From a virus (taxonomy: Duplodnaviria; Caudoviricetes), in the IMG/VR virus record IMGVR_UViG_3300032275_000001, positions 32,001 to 96,000 of that record: a stretch of 64,000 bases of DNA; one strand, given 5' to 3'. The notes below the pieces were generated by a model, which saw only the letters and a list, made by a program, of their open reading frames with translations, had not been told where the DNA came from and searched no databases. Each line of letters opens with the position of its first letter. Positions within the stretch are counted from its first letter, which is position 1. The translations under genes and the position numbers were made by a program. This document shows positions 26,952-37,209 of the stretch, one piece after another.

Positions 26952-28151
26952 ATGACAGTACTATTAACATTAACAACTGCTGGATCTGATACAGGTTCAT
27001 TTGATCTATATTCTAATTTAGATTATGCTATTCCTTTTGAAACAGGAGTTGGTAAAGCTACATTAGAAGCAGGGTATTCAACAGAGGTTCCAGATGGTGC
27101 AACTATTGTTAGAATTACATCTACAGGAGATTGTATTAATTCTGTAGATATAACATTAAGATTAGCTGAATGTGATTTAGATGGATATGTAGAACAATTA
27201 ACCACTACAACAACAACAACTATATGTATTCCCCAAACAATATATGCTGGAGAAACATATTATAAATCAGGAAATACAGCACTAGAGTCTGGATTAAGAG
27301 TAAATAATTATGCTTCTTTTTATCCTAATGGAACTAAAGTATTTTTTACACAACATAATAATGGTTTAGCAGGAGGAAATCCTACAGGTATATATGATCC
27401 AATTATATCATATGATTTAGCAACTCCATGGGATGTATCCTCTATCATTAAAACTGGAGAGTTACAGTCTTCTAATTCGCCTAATCAATGGTTTAGTACT
27501 CCAGCAGTTACGTCAAACTTAACAACATCTTATGGATCACCACTTGAAAACTTTACAGCAGGGCATACCTTTTCAGAAGATGGTACTAAATTATTTACAG
27601 CTGGAAAAGATAAAGGATTGCTACAAAAATATACTTTAGGTACTGCTTGGGATATTACTACAATGATTTTTGATTCTTCTACATTAGAATATGTAGTAAT
27701 TACAGGAGATAGTTTAACAGCAGTTAAATTTAGTAGTGATGGTTTAATTATGATATTGCTTGGAAATAGTATTACAGCAAGATATGAATTAGTTTCTCCT
27801 TGGGACATAATTGGTGCAACATTGATATTTACTTCTACTGGTAATTCTAGTGATATTGATTTTCAAAATGGTGGTTTATATTTATTTACATTTAGTGGAT
27901 CTAATTTAGTTAGAAAAACTTTAGGAAGTCCATATGATATAACAACTATAATTGAAACTCAAACACTAATTACTACAGTAATTCCTCAAGCAATATCTCC
28001 AAGAATAGTATTTAAAGATGGATTTAAAGGATACATAAGTACATTTAATAGTTTAGAACCTAGTATAATTTCTGCATTTGAGTTAACATGTGAGTTTGAT
28101 ATTAGTGGTACTATTCCAACAACAACTACTACTACAACATTACTACTATAA
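26952..28151 (+). CDS. adaptor domain plus beta-propeller-like repeat domain protein (putative receptor-binding/decoration)
   Basis: N-terminus paralogous to 26320; repeats YDLATPWD / YTLGTAWD / YELVSPWD / TLGSPYD; poly-Thr on both sides. Confidence 0.75.
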   Translation: MTVLLTLTTAGSDTGSFDLYSNLDYAIPFETGVGKATLEAGYSTEVPDGATIVRITSTGDCINSVDITLRLAECDLDGYVEQLTTTTTTTICIPQTIYAGETYYKSGNTALESGLRVNNYASFYPNGTKVFFTQHNNGLAGGNPTGIYDPIISYDLATPWDVSSIIKTGELQSSNSPNQWFSTPAVTSNLTTSYGSPLENFTAGHTFSEDGTKLFTAGKDKGLLQKYTLGTAWDITTMIFDSSTLEYVVITGDSLTAVKFSSDGLIMILLGNSITARYELVSPWDIIGATLIFTSTGNSSDIDFQNGGLYLFTFSGSNLVRKTLGSPYDITTIIETQTLITTVIPQAISPRIVFKDGFKGYISTFNSLEPSIISAFELTCEFDISGTIPTTTTTTTLLL

Positions 28152-28182
28152 AAAATCTGAGTTTGTTGGTTTTCTTAGATTT

Positions 28183-28210
28183 CCTCTCAATATATTCTTG
28201 GGAGGTTTTT
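28183..28210 (+). terminator. intrinsic terminator
   Basis: CCTCTCAA/TTGGGAGG stem followed by TTTTT. Confidence 0.7.
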
Positions 28211-28259
28211 GGTTTATAACCTTTTTGATTATAAAGAATAACATATTTGGTTAAATTTA

Positions 28260-28291
28260 TTTGGATAGTATGAAAAGTATTTTTATCTTTA
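28260..28291 (+). promoter_or_regulatory. Bacteroidota-type promoter variant (TTTG-N20-TATCTTTA)
   Basis: near-consensus match after a terminator. Confidence 0.6.
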
Positions 28292-28319
28292 CCCTAATTT
28301 TAAGTAAACTAAACTAAAT

Positions 28320-29543
28320 ATGATTGAGAATCAAGATTTATTATTCAAGTTAGAAGAGTTGTTAAAGCAAAAGAAAAGTAAAAAGTTCTATGCAGAGAGA
28401 TTAGGGATAAGTGAAAATGAAGTGAATGAACTTTTAAAAGAACTTAGAGAGAAAGATGATTTACCAATTGAACTATCTCCTAGTTATAAAGAAGAATTAC
28501 GTAAGGTGAATGTTGAGAAGGGTACAATAGAAAGCACTATCACTAGTGACTTTGATCCAAAGGATGATATTGAATTAGCAGCATTGCACAAAATAAATTT
28601 AGACAAATACATCATTACCAACTACTGGTCTAAGATGTTACCAAGTGGAAACTTTACATCTTCCATCTTTAGTAAAAGAAAAGAAGCACAAGACTACACC
28701 CCTGAAGACTTTGCTAAGTTTTTAGAAAACTACAAACCAAACAATATAACTGTTGTTAAACCAAAAACTAATCTCACTAAAGAACATGTAGATGTAGAGA
28801 TATCTATTTCTGATTTCCATTTAGCTAAGAAACATGTAGATGGAGATAATGATCCTGGAAGTAGAGCACTCAGATATTTCAATGTAGCACAATCTTTGAT
28901 ACATAAGGTGAGAGCTAATTACAATATAGACACTGTTATCCTTCCTATATCGAATGATTTCTTCCACACCGATAACTACCAACATCAAACTACAAATGGT
29001 ACCCCACAGGACACTATAATAGATTATGCAGATGAATATGAATTAGGCTTTGCAGTTCTTGTAGATACAATCAATATGTTGAGACAGAATGCAAATGATG
29101 TAAAGGTGGTACTTGTACAAGGTAATCATGACAGAACTAAATCATTCTACTTAGCACATGCACTAGATGTGTATTTCAAAGACTACTTTGATGTAGATTT
29201 TGATAGAGCACACACTACAATAAAAGGACTTACTATTGGTAATACATTCATAGGATGGCACCATGGTAATTGCAAAATAGATGATCTTCCTTTATTATTT
29301 GCAACACATCCTCAATATAGCCAAGCATTTGGTAATGCTAAATATAGAGAAGTTCATACAGGTGATAAACATCACTATATGGCTAAAGAACTTAAAGGAG
29401 TAAGAATACAACAAATGCCTAGCTTATCTGGAACAGATAGATGGCACCTAGATAATAATTTTGTCCACTCAGTTAGAGCTGCATTAGCTCTTGTATATGA
29501 CCCAATTGTAGGGAAGATCTGTGAGTTCGAAGAAAGAATATAA
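28320..29543 (+). CDS. calcineurin-like metallophosphoesterase with N-terminal HTH
   Basis: SDFH, NDFFH, GNHD, HHG, HTGDKHH motifs. Confidence 0.88.
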   Translation: MIENQDLLFKLEELLKQKKSKKFYAERLGISENEVNELLKELREKDDLPIELSPSYKEELRKVNVEKGTIESTITSDFDPKDDIELAALHKINLDKYIITNYWSKMLPSGNFTSSIFSKRKEAQDYTPEDFAKFLENYKPNNITVVKPKTNLTKEHVDVEISISDFHLAKKHVDGDNDPGSRALRYFNVAQSLIHKVRANYNIDTVILPISNDFFHTDNYQHQTTNGTPQDTIIDYADEYELGFAVLVDTINMLRQNANDVKVVLVQGNHDRTKSFYLAHALDVYFKDYFDVDFDRAHTTIKGLTIGNTFIGWHHGNCKIDDLPLLFATHPQYSQAFGNAKYREVHTGDKHHYMAKELKGVRIQQMPSLSGTDRWHLDNNFVHSVRAALALVYDPIVGKICEFEERI

Positions 29544-29546
29544 ATT

Positions 29547-30275
29547 ATGGCAACATTAAGAAAATTAGTATCAGATGTTAGAAGTGTCCACAAGATACTT
29601 TCTACAGATTCACTTATAACAGATCGTGCAATTGCATCTGAAATAAGAAACAACTCTTTATTATTAATCAAAAGAGAAACAAATCTTAGAAAGCTTTGGG
29701 CTACTGATACATTGTTTACTACTATTCCTTGTTTGGAGATGATAGAGGTATCTATTTCTGAATGTTGTAACTATGTAGATCCTTGTTCTATAGCTAGAAC
29801 TAAATTTAAACTCCCACGTATATCTGAAGGAAACTATCAATATGTTATACAAGGAGTTTATTCTATTAATGCAATGAGTGGAAAAGGAAGAAAGCTAAAA
29901 GAAATTACAGTTAATAGATATATTAATCTATTAAAACTTCCTGTAATTAAAAAAGAAGAATACTTCTGGATATCTAATGGATATTTATATGTAAGTAATC
30001 CACTTCTTAAAGCAATTAGATTTGTAGCTTTCTTTGAAGAAGATGTAGATAATGAAATCATGTATCCAGAATGTGGATGTGGTGCTCCTGAATACACAGT
30101 GGAACAATTATGTCAAAATCCTTTAGACAAAGAGTTTCCTCTTCCTGGATACTTAGAACAACAAGTCCTTGAGTTAACATCTAAAAAACTACTATCTACT
30201 TATTTTAGCATACCTCAAGATTTGTCAGTAAATGGTATTGATGGACAAGATCCAAAATCTCCTAATATAAGATAG
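29547..30275 (+). CDS. putative tail ring / tubular protein
   Basis: YFWISNGYLY, NPLDKEFPLP motifs; crAss-like tail block position. Confidence 0.65.
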   Translation: MATLRKLVSDVRSVHKILSTDSLITDRAIASEIRNNSLLLIKRETNLRKLWATDTLFTTIPCLEMIEVSISECCNYVDPCSIARTKFKLPRISEGNYQYVIQGVYSINAMSGKGRKLKEITVNRYINLLKLPVIKKEEYFWISNGYLYVSNPLLKAIRFVAFFEEDVDNEIMYPECGCGAPEYTVEQLCQNPLDKEFPLPGYLEQQVLELTSKKLLSTYFSIPQDLSVNGIDGQDPKSPNIR

Positions 30276-30276
30276 T

Positions 30277-30495
30277 ATGCAAAATAATCATTTTATTAAA
30301 GAGTGGGAATCTCTTAGAGACATACATTCTACATTATATATAAATAAAAATTTTAAAAATTTTAAAAAATATATACTTAATGTAATATCTGGAAAAAGAA
30401 AATCTGCATTTTCTTTTAATTGGAAATATATTAAGACAGACATAAGTCAAGAAGGGATAGATGGACAAGCTCCAAATTCAAAATCAACTAATTAA
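30277..30495 (+). mobile_element. NUMOD1-only mini ORF fused to a duplicate of the upstream gene's C-terminus
   Basis: FIKEWESL...ISGKRKSAFSFNWKY followed by IKTDISQEGIDGQAPNSKSTN. Confidence 0.7.
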
Positions 30496-30971
30496 TGCGT
30501 GTAAAAGTAGACTGGCGATCTTCTAGTAAAGATAATTATAATTTATTTTGTAAAAATCATCCATCTATTAAACTTACATATGATGAATGGAGAAACATTA
30601 TATATACATATAATGAATTCTTCAAAGAATACATATTAGAGACTGGTGAAAAAGCAAGACTACCTTATGGTTTTGGAGAGTTCTCTATCAATAAGAAGAA
30701 AAGAAGAAAGATGAAAGGCATAGATGGAAAAGAGTTTATTAACTTACCTATCGACTGGCAAAAGACTAAAGAGAAAGGAAAGGTTATCTACAATTTCAAT
30801 TATCACACAGAAGGATATTTCTTTGGATGGATGTGGTTTAAACAAGCAGCACGCTTTAAGAATTCTGACCTTTGGTATTTCAAACCTTCAAGACTCACAT
30901 CAAGATTATTATCACATTACTTAAAGACCAACGATAAGTACCAACATATATACCAAGAGTGGAAAAAATAA
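30495..30971 (+). CDS. IHF-like protein of the crAss-like tail block
   Basis: RLPYGFGEFSI, IDWQKT, N.HTEGY motifs. Confidence 0.75.
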   Translation: MRVKVDWRSSSKDNYNLFCKNHPSIKLTYDEWRNIIYTYNEFFKEYILETGEKARLPYGFGEFSINKKKRRKMKGIDGKEFINLPIDWQKTKEKGKVIYNFNYHTEGYFFGWMWFKQAARFKNSDLWYFKPSRLTSRLLSHYLKTNDKYQHIYQEWKK

Positions 30972-30977
30972 TAAATT

Positions 30978-31907
30978 ATGAGCTACTACTATAAATATGC
31001 TTTCGTAAGTCCAGAACCTGTTTACTCAACTGTTAAAGAAGAGCTGAAAAGCTATTTTGATACCGCTGCTGTAGATGATCTTTTATTTCCTACCTATTTA
31101 GATAAAGCTCTAAAGAAGTTAGGAAGAACAACTTATGTAATCACTGATGAGATTCTTTTTGTTGAAGACTTTCAAGCTAGACTTCCTGATAACTTTTATG
31201 CTGTTAGAGAAGCATGGATGACTACAGAGGTAGCAAACTACCCATATCAATCAGCTAACTCATTCTATTCACAAGCAGCTTCTGAAACAACAATACAAAT
31301 GTCTCCATTAACTATTGGTGGAACACAATGTAATAATGGAGGATGTCAAGATCCAGGATGTGAGGGAAACTGTATGCCTGTATTAATACAAGCTGTATAT
31401 AAGACAAACAATAGTGTAGCTAGAGGATTTACTCATAACTACTTACTTAAGCCTGGAAACATATCTGCAAGAAAGAATTGTGATGTATTTTATACAAATA
31501 ACTTTACTCCTGGTTCTGCTAGTATTGATTCATTTGATATTAGAGATAATAAGTTTGTTACTAATTTTAGAAATGGTGTTGTACATTTAATATTCTATGC
31601 TACAGAGTATGATGAGACAGGGAACCAATTGATTCCAGATAATTATCGTATAAGAGAATATGTAGAAGCATTCCTTAAATTTAAAGTGTTTGAAACTCTT
31701 ACAAATCAAACTGTTGATGAAACATTTAATCAGTTACAACAGAAACTGATGTATCATAAACAAGCTTATGAAGAAGCTTTCATTATGGCAATGATAGAAG
31801 TTAAGAAGGAAACTGCTTGGGAAAAACAAAGAAAAATCAAAAATGACTTAAATAGATTTAATATGTACGAACTTCCTACTAGTAGATATGGTAGAAGACG
31901 TAACTAA
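30978..31907 (+). CDS. putative tail tubular / ring protein
   Basis: directly upstream of the muzzle gene; TNFRNG.V.L.FY...DE.G..LIPD pattern. Confidence 0.65.
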   Translation: MSYYYKYAFVSPEPVYSTVKEELKSYFDTAAVDDLLFPTYLDKALKKLGRTTYVITDEILFVEDFQARLPDNFYAVREAWMTTEVANYPYQSANSFYSQAASETTIQMSPLTIGGTQCNNGGCQDPGCEGNCMPVLIQAVYKTNNSVARGFTHNYLLKPGNISARKNCDVFYTNNFTPGSASIDSFDIRDNKFVTNFRNGVVHLIFYATEYDETGNQLIPDNYRIREYVEAFLKFKVFETLTNQTVDETFNQLQQKLMYHKQAYEEAFIMAMIEVKKETAWEKQRKIKNDLNRFNMYELPTSRYGRRRN

Positions 31908-31920
31908 TTAAAATATCATT

Positions 31921-34900
31921 ATGGCTGAAGAACAATCACAAGGAAATATAAAACAAGAACTTAACAGTGCTAATATAGGGTTAAACCTAGATAGCACATT
32001 AAATCAAATTAAACAGGGCACGCTCACGTATGCCCTGAATGCTGCTTTAGAAAACTTTGATTCTTCCTCTGTCAACTATCAGAATGAACAAGGAAATGAA
32101 TTTTGTGTAAAATTTCCAGAAGAATATGTATTAATAGGAACACATTTTATTAATGAGCAAAGTAAACATATATTCTTTATCACCAATCCAAATACAGGAG
32201 ATAGTGAAATAGGATATATGGATAACAATGATTGTATCTATCGTAAATTAGTTAATGCACCATGCCTTAATTTTAATGTTGACCATCCTATACACAAAGC
32301 TGTACATAAAATTACAAATTGTACAACAGAAATATATTGGACAGATGGATTCAATCCTAGAAGATATTTAGATTTAAATGATATTCCATATATATTAAAA
32401 AGTGAGTCTCCTCTTTGTGATCCTAAATATACAGATGAATTAGATTGTAATCAATTAAAACTACAACCTAATTTTAACATTCCAAACCTTGCTATTGCAG
32501 ATATTACTACAGGAGGTTCTCTTCTTGCTGGTACATATCAGTTTGCAGCACAGTATTCTGATGCTGTAGGTAATCCTTTCACTTCTTATTATTCAATCAC
32601 CAATCCTACACCAATTGCTGATCCACAGATTGCAACAGTTAACTTTAACTATGTTGTAGGAAAGTCTATTGTTGTTGATGTAAGTAACTTAGATTCTTCT
32701 GGACAGTTTCAATATTTTAATTTAGCTGTTATTAAAACAGTGAATGCAATTACATCTGTAGAATTAATTGGAACATATTTTATAGATAATACATCTTTAA
32801 ATATAACTTACACAGGACAGATTAATGATAACATTCGTTTATCAATGAATGATGTATTTGAGAAGTTTCCATATTATGATGTAGCAGAAGATTTAACAGC
32901 TGTACAAGACGTTCTTGTATGGGATGGACTTACATCTATAGATAGAATTAATTATCAATCCATAGCCACGCAAATAGATTTGTTGTGGGAAACATATCAG
33001 ATTCCTTCAAATGAAAACTATGCAGATGAATTAAATGCTACAAACCTTAGAGGATATCTTCGTGATGAAGTGTATGCATTTGAAATTGTATTCTTATTAA
33101 AGAATGGAAAACAAACAGATGGTTTCCATATTCCTGGTAGAACATTAACTATACAAGAACAATCTCTTCCAAATATTCATATTACTAATAATGATTTTAT
33201 TGGTGAACCAGAACCAGATACAGATTATAGTCCTTATTGGAAAATATATAATACAGCTTCTGTTATTGGTAATGCTACTGGAGATAAAATTGGTAATGCC
33301 ACTCCATATGAATATGGTAATTTTGCATATTGGGAATCAACAGAAAAATATCCATGTAACATAGATCTTTGGGGAGCTCTAGCTGATCAACCAATTAGAC
33401 ATCATAAGTTTCCAGATGTATTAGTTAGTCCTATTACACGACCAGCTGTGATATATGATCCTGCAAAGGGTCTTGCTCGTCAAAATAACTATGTATATCC
33501 AATAGGAGTTAAAATAGATACAGCACAAGTCTATGATTTAATAGATACATCAAATTTAACATCAGATCAAAAAGCTGATATAGTAGGATATAAAATAGTA
33601 AGAGGAGATAGAGGTACAAATAAATCTATTGTAGCAAAAGGTATTCTTCGTAATGTTGGAGAATATACAAGAGAAGAACAACCTTTTTATTTTCCTAACT
33701 ATCCGTATAATGATATTACTGAAGATCCATTTCTTAATGCAAACAATAATGCTTGGTCAGATTTATGTGAAAGATTTATAATAAATGTATTAAAGCTACC
33801 TTCAAAAACAACACTTGGTGTACCTTGTTTAACAATAAGATATGTAAGTTGCAATAGTAATAAAGAATCAACTGAGGAATTTACAACAACAGGTATTCAT
33901 TATATTTGCTCTATAGGTAAACCAACTATAACAAGTCCTGGTGTAACTAATACAATTGATTATAGTCGTGGATGTAATCCAGTACCAAATATATCTGATT
34001 CAAATTGTATAGGTACAGTTAGTTATGCTGATTATGATGTGTATAAAATAAGATCAGGAAATCATTGTGAATGGCCTGGTTTACAATGTTCTGGTTGGGG
34101 AGCAGAATGGGATGATCCAATTTCTGGACCAGGTGCATATGTATGGATGAAACCAGGTAATAGTTATTGTATACGTGTTAAAAAAGATCAAAAACCTTAT
34201 AGAGTAAGTGGTTCTAGTAAGTGCGGTTGTAATGACATTTCTTTACAATCTACAGTGAGAGATACATCTTGTGGAGCTGTTGCACCACTCACTCCTATAT
34301 CAAACAATCCTTCTAGTACGTATAGACAAATATTTAATTCTCCAGAAACTTCTTTTGGTCAACCATTCTTAGGAGATATTCTTAAACTTGAGAATGTAAT
34401 GTTTGGTGCTGGTAAAGCACATTTTGTACCAGTTAAAAGTAATGCCAAGTATAGACTTCTTTCTAAAGAGGCACAAGAAGATGCTCTTGCTAGTTCCAAT
34501 AGATTAGCTGCTTATACAAGTCCATTTAATTCCACTGCTATGTGGACAGCATACCAAGCATATTTACAAATATATATAAATGGTATAACTAGAAGAAACT
34601 ATGCTTATTCATTTAACTCTACAGCTAGCTATGATTACAATGCAATAATTACTAATAGTGGAGATAAACAGAGAACATTAGATATTAAAAGATATTTAAT
34701 TCCAGGAGTACAAAATGTAGGTGATGATCGCAATGTGAATAACTATCAAAGAGAATCTTCTGTTTATTTAAAAACAGATGAATATAGAGAAGATGGTACT
34801 ACTTCAGTTGCACCATTACCATTTCCTAGTAATAGTACAGAGATGGCTAGTATAGGAATCAAAGATAGATCCAGACTCACTATAGGTGGTAGTGGTAGAT

Positions 34901-37200
34901 GTGCTACTCCTGCAAGAGAACAAGATATAACTGTTGTTTCTTATTATGCTTCATTAAAAAATACATTTGTAAATCAATATGGACAGATGTATTCTTATGA
35001 TACAATTGATACAGGATTCCAAAGAAGTGTAACAGCTAATACTTCTGCTACAATATTTGGAGGAGATACATTTATATCTAGGTTTGCATTTAAAACTAAG
35101 CTTCCTTTCTTTATAGACAATAGAGTTAATGCTCCTGATGATAGTGATATATTCTATGATGAGATTGGTAACATAGCTTATCCAAAATATTGGCACTCAG
35201 CTAGATCTATTCTATCAGATTATACAGCTAAATCAGGCACACTATCTAATGTAATTTCATACAAAGCTCATGAGTTTGATTGTCCTAATGATCAACGTCT
35301 AGTACCATCAACAGCTAAATCAGATACTAATCCTAATAGAACATTCTATGATGGATATTTTTATTTGTTTGCATATGGTATTCCTAACTTCTATTGTGAG
35401 AGTTCTTATAACACAGACCTAAGACAAGCATTCAATAACAAAGAAGGGGACTTCTGGCCACATGTATCAACAGGTATTCCTGATGATTGGATGCAAGAAG
35501 ATTTTGTATCAATAGCAAATGATAATACATATACATATAATGTAACATTCTCTAAACAAAATAAAGAAAATACATTTACGCATTTACCAGCAGATTATAA
35601 TGGAAATCCATGTTATACATACTACCCATTTAGAGCTGTATACTCAGATGCACAAAACACTGATGCTGACAATAGAGTGAATAGTTGGTTAACATACAGA
35701 GCTATTTCTTATTATGACTTTCCTCAGAACTATGGTAAACTTATATCATTAGATGGTATTCAAAACAAAGCTGTATTAGCTAGGTTTGAAAACAAAACAT
35801 TAATGTATAACAACCTCCTTACAATTGATACAAGTAATCCACAAGCTGCATATGTAGGTAATCCTAATATGTTCAAAGGAGCACCTCCTATTGACTTTGC
35901 AGAAACAGATCTTGGATACGTAGGTAGTCAAAACAAAATGTTATTAAAGATTCCTCAAGGGCAAATTACAGTTGATGCAAAAAGAGGACAAGTGTTTCTT
36001 ATACAAGGAACACAAGTAGAAGACTTATCTGCATTTGGTTCTGGAATGAATAGATTCTTTACAGACCATTTAGCTTTTGAAATACTTAGATATTTTCCAA
36101 AAGTAGATACAGATAACAATTTTAATGGTATAGGATTACATGGTGTATATGATAGTAAGTTTGATAGAGTTATACTTACTAAATTAGATTATATTCCATT
36201 GAGTAATAATATTAAATATGATCCTACAACAAGAGATTTCTACATAGAAGAATCTTTAGGAAATAATATTTTATTTAAAACAATAGTAAGTTTAAAAGAT
36301 TCAGATTATTTCTGTAATAAATCTTGGACTCTTTCATTTAATGTAAATACTAAAAGTTGGGTAAGCTTTCATAGTTATATTCCTAATTGGTATATAGCAG
36401 AAAACAATTTCTTTTATTCTGGTATAAATGGGTGTTGTGATGAGTTTGATTTTGTTGCAGGAGAATTAGTTCCTACACCAAGTACCACTACTACTAGTAG
36501 CAGCACATCTACAACCACTACTACATCAACAACACAAGTACCATTAGATTGTACATTAGAAGGAGAAGTAACATTAACTAATTGTGAATTAGAAGGAACA
36601 GGTGTAATCACTATACCTCCTATACCACCACCATGTCAAAGACCTATGAATTTACCAGTATTTGAATTTATAACAGGATATAATATAATATATCCTCCTT
36701 CAACAGTTGTATCTACAGGAAGTCAAGCAGATGCTTGTGACTCTATGAACTACTACAATGAAATTTTTGGACTAGATCCAAATGTAGAATTTAATGATAT
36801 TTTAGCAGAAGTTGTAAATATTGAAATTAATCAAACTGTATATGATGGTACAACAGGTACAGATTGTACATTGATACCTGATGGTTGGTATTATACAGAT
36901 GAGACAGCAGGTAGTAGTAATGTATTCAGTGTAGTTAATGGTATAATAACTGAAATAGTTAATTGTCCTTCAGATACAACAACAACAACTACTACATCAC
37001 CAAATTGTTTCTCATTTACAGTGCGTAAATCAACACCAGGTACTGTAGCAGTAACTTATATTGATTGTTCAGGAGAACCAGCAAGTGTGAATATTGGTAA
37101 CCCATCACCAGGTGGACCTACTGAAACAACATTCTGTGCACGTAATGGAAGTATAGTTGTACCTGCTGAGGTAACATTAAGTAATAATGGATCTTGTTAA
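31921..37200 (+). CDS. tail stabilisation / muzzle protein with C-terminal Thr-linked modules
   Basis: 1759 aa; IYWTDG.NP.RY, GSL.AG.YQF, RGYLRDEVY, IRHHKFP, GGDTFI, WVSFHSY motifs. Confidence 0.8.
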   Translation: MAEEQSQGNIKQELNSANIGLNLDSTLNQIKQGTLTYALNAALENFDSSSVNYQNEQGNEFCVKFPEEYVLIGTHFINEQSKHIFFITNPNTGDSEIGYMDNNDCIYRKLVNAPCLNFNVDHPIHKAVHKITNCTTEIYWTDGFNPRRYLDLNDIPYILKSESPLCDPKYTDELDCNQLKLQPNFNIPNLAIADITTGGSLLAGTYQFAAQYSDAVGNPFTSYYSITNPTPIADPQIATVNFNYVVGKSIVVDVSNLDSSGQFQYFNLAVIKTVNAITSVELIGTYFIDNTSLNITYTGQINDNIRLSMNDVFEKFPYYDVAEDLTAVQDVLVWDGLTSIDRINYQSIATQIDLLWETYQIPSNENYADELNATNLRGYLRDEVYAFEIVFLLKNGKQTDGFHIPGRTLTIQEQSLPNIHITNNDFIGEPEPDTDYSPYWKIYNTASVIGNATGDKIGNATPYEYGNFAYWESTEKYPCNIDLWGALADQPIRHHKFPDVLVSPITRPAVIYDPAKGLARQNNYVYPIGVKIDTAQVYDLIDTSNLTSDQKADIVGYKIVRGDRGTNKSIVAKGILRNVGEYTREEQPFYFPNYPYNDITEDPFLNANNNAWSDLCERFIINVLKLPSKTTLGVPCLTIRYVSCNSNKESTEEFTTTGIHYICSIGKPTITSPGVTNTIDYSRGCNPVPNISDSNCIGTVSYADYDVYKIRSGNHCEWPGLQCSGWGAEWDDPISGPGAYVWMKPGNSYCIRVKKDQKPYRVSGSSKCGCNDISLQSTVRDTSCGAVAPLTPISNNPSSTYRQIFNSPETSFGQPFLGDILKLENVMFGAGKAHFVPVKSNAKYRLLSKEAQEDALASSNRLAAYTSPFNSTAMWTAYQAYLQIYINGITRRNYAYSFNSTASYDYNAIITNSGDKQRTLDIKRYLIPGVQNVGDDRNVNNYQRESSVYLKTDEYREDGTTSVAPLPFPSNSTEMASIGIKDRSRLTIGGSGRCATPAREQDITVVSYYASLKNTFVNQYGQMYSYDTIDTGFQRSVTANTSATIFGGDTFISRFAFKTKLPFFIDNRVNAPDDSDIFYDEIGNIAYPKYWHSARSILSDYTAKSGTLSNVISYKAHEFDCPNDQRLVPSTAKSDTNPNRTFYDGYFYLFAYGIPNFYCESSYNTDLRQAFNNKEGDFWPHVSTGIPDDWMQEDFVSIANDNTYTYNVTFSKQNKENTFTHLPADYNGNPCYTYYPFRAVYSDAQNTDADNRVNSWLTYRAISYYDFPQNYGKLISLDGIQNKAVLARFENKTLMYNNLLTIDTSNPQAAYVGNPNMFKGAPPIDFAETDLGYVGSQNKMLLKIPQGQITVDAKRGQVFLIQGTQVEDLSAFGSGMNRFFTDHLAFEILRYFPKVDTDNNFNGIGLHGVYDSKFDRVILTKLDYIPLSNNIKYDPTTRDFYIEESLGNNILFKTIVSLKDSDYFCNKSWTLSFNVNTKSWVSFHSYIPNWYIAENNFFYSGINGCCDEFDFVAGELVPTPSTTTTSSSTSTTTTTSTTQVPLDCTLEGEVTLTNCELEGTGVITIPPIPPPCQRPMNLPVFEFITGYNIIYPPSTVVSTGSQADACDSMNYYNEIFGLDPNVEFNDILAEVVNIEINQTVYDGTTGTDCTLIPDGWYYTDETAGSSNVFSVVNGIITEIVNCPSDTTTTTTTSPNCFSFTVRKSTPGTVAVTYIDCSGEPASVNIGNPSPGGPTETTFCARNGSIVVPAEVTLSNNGSC

Positions 37201-37209
37201 TAAATTAAT

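Noticed and set aside
21740-37000. Poly-Thr tracts as host O-glycosylation targets
   Set aside because: Bacteroidota O-glycosylation acts on exported proteins at D-(S/T)-x motifs, whereas virion proteins assemble in the cytoplasm; no glycosyltransferase is seen in the window
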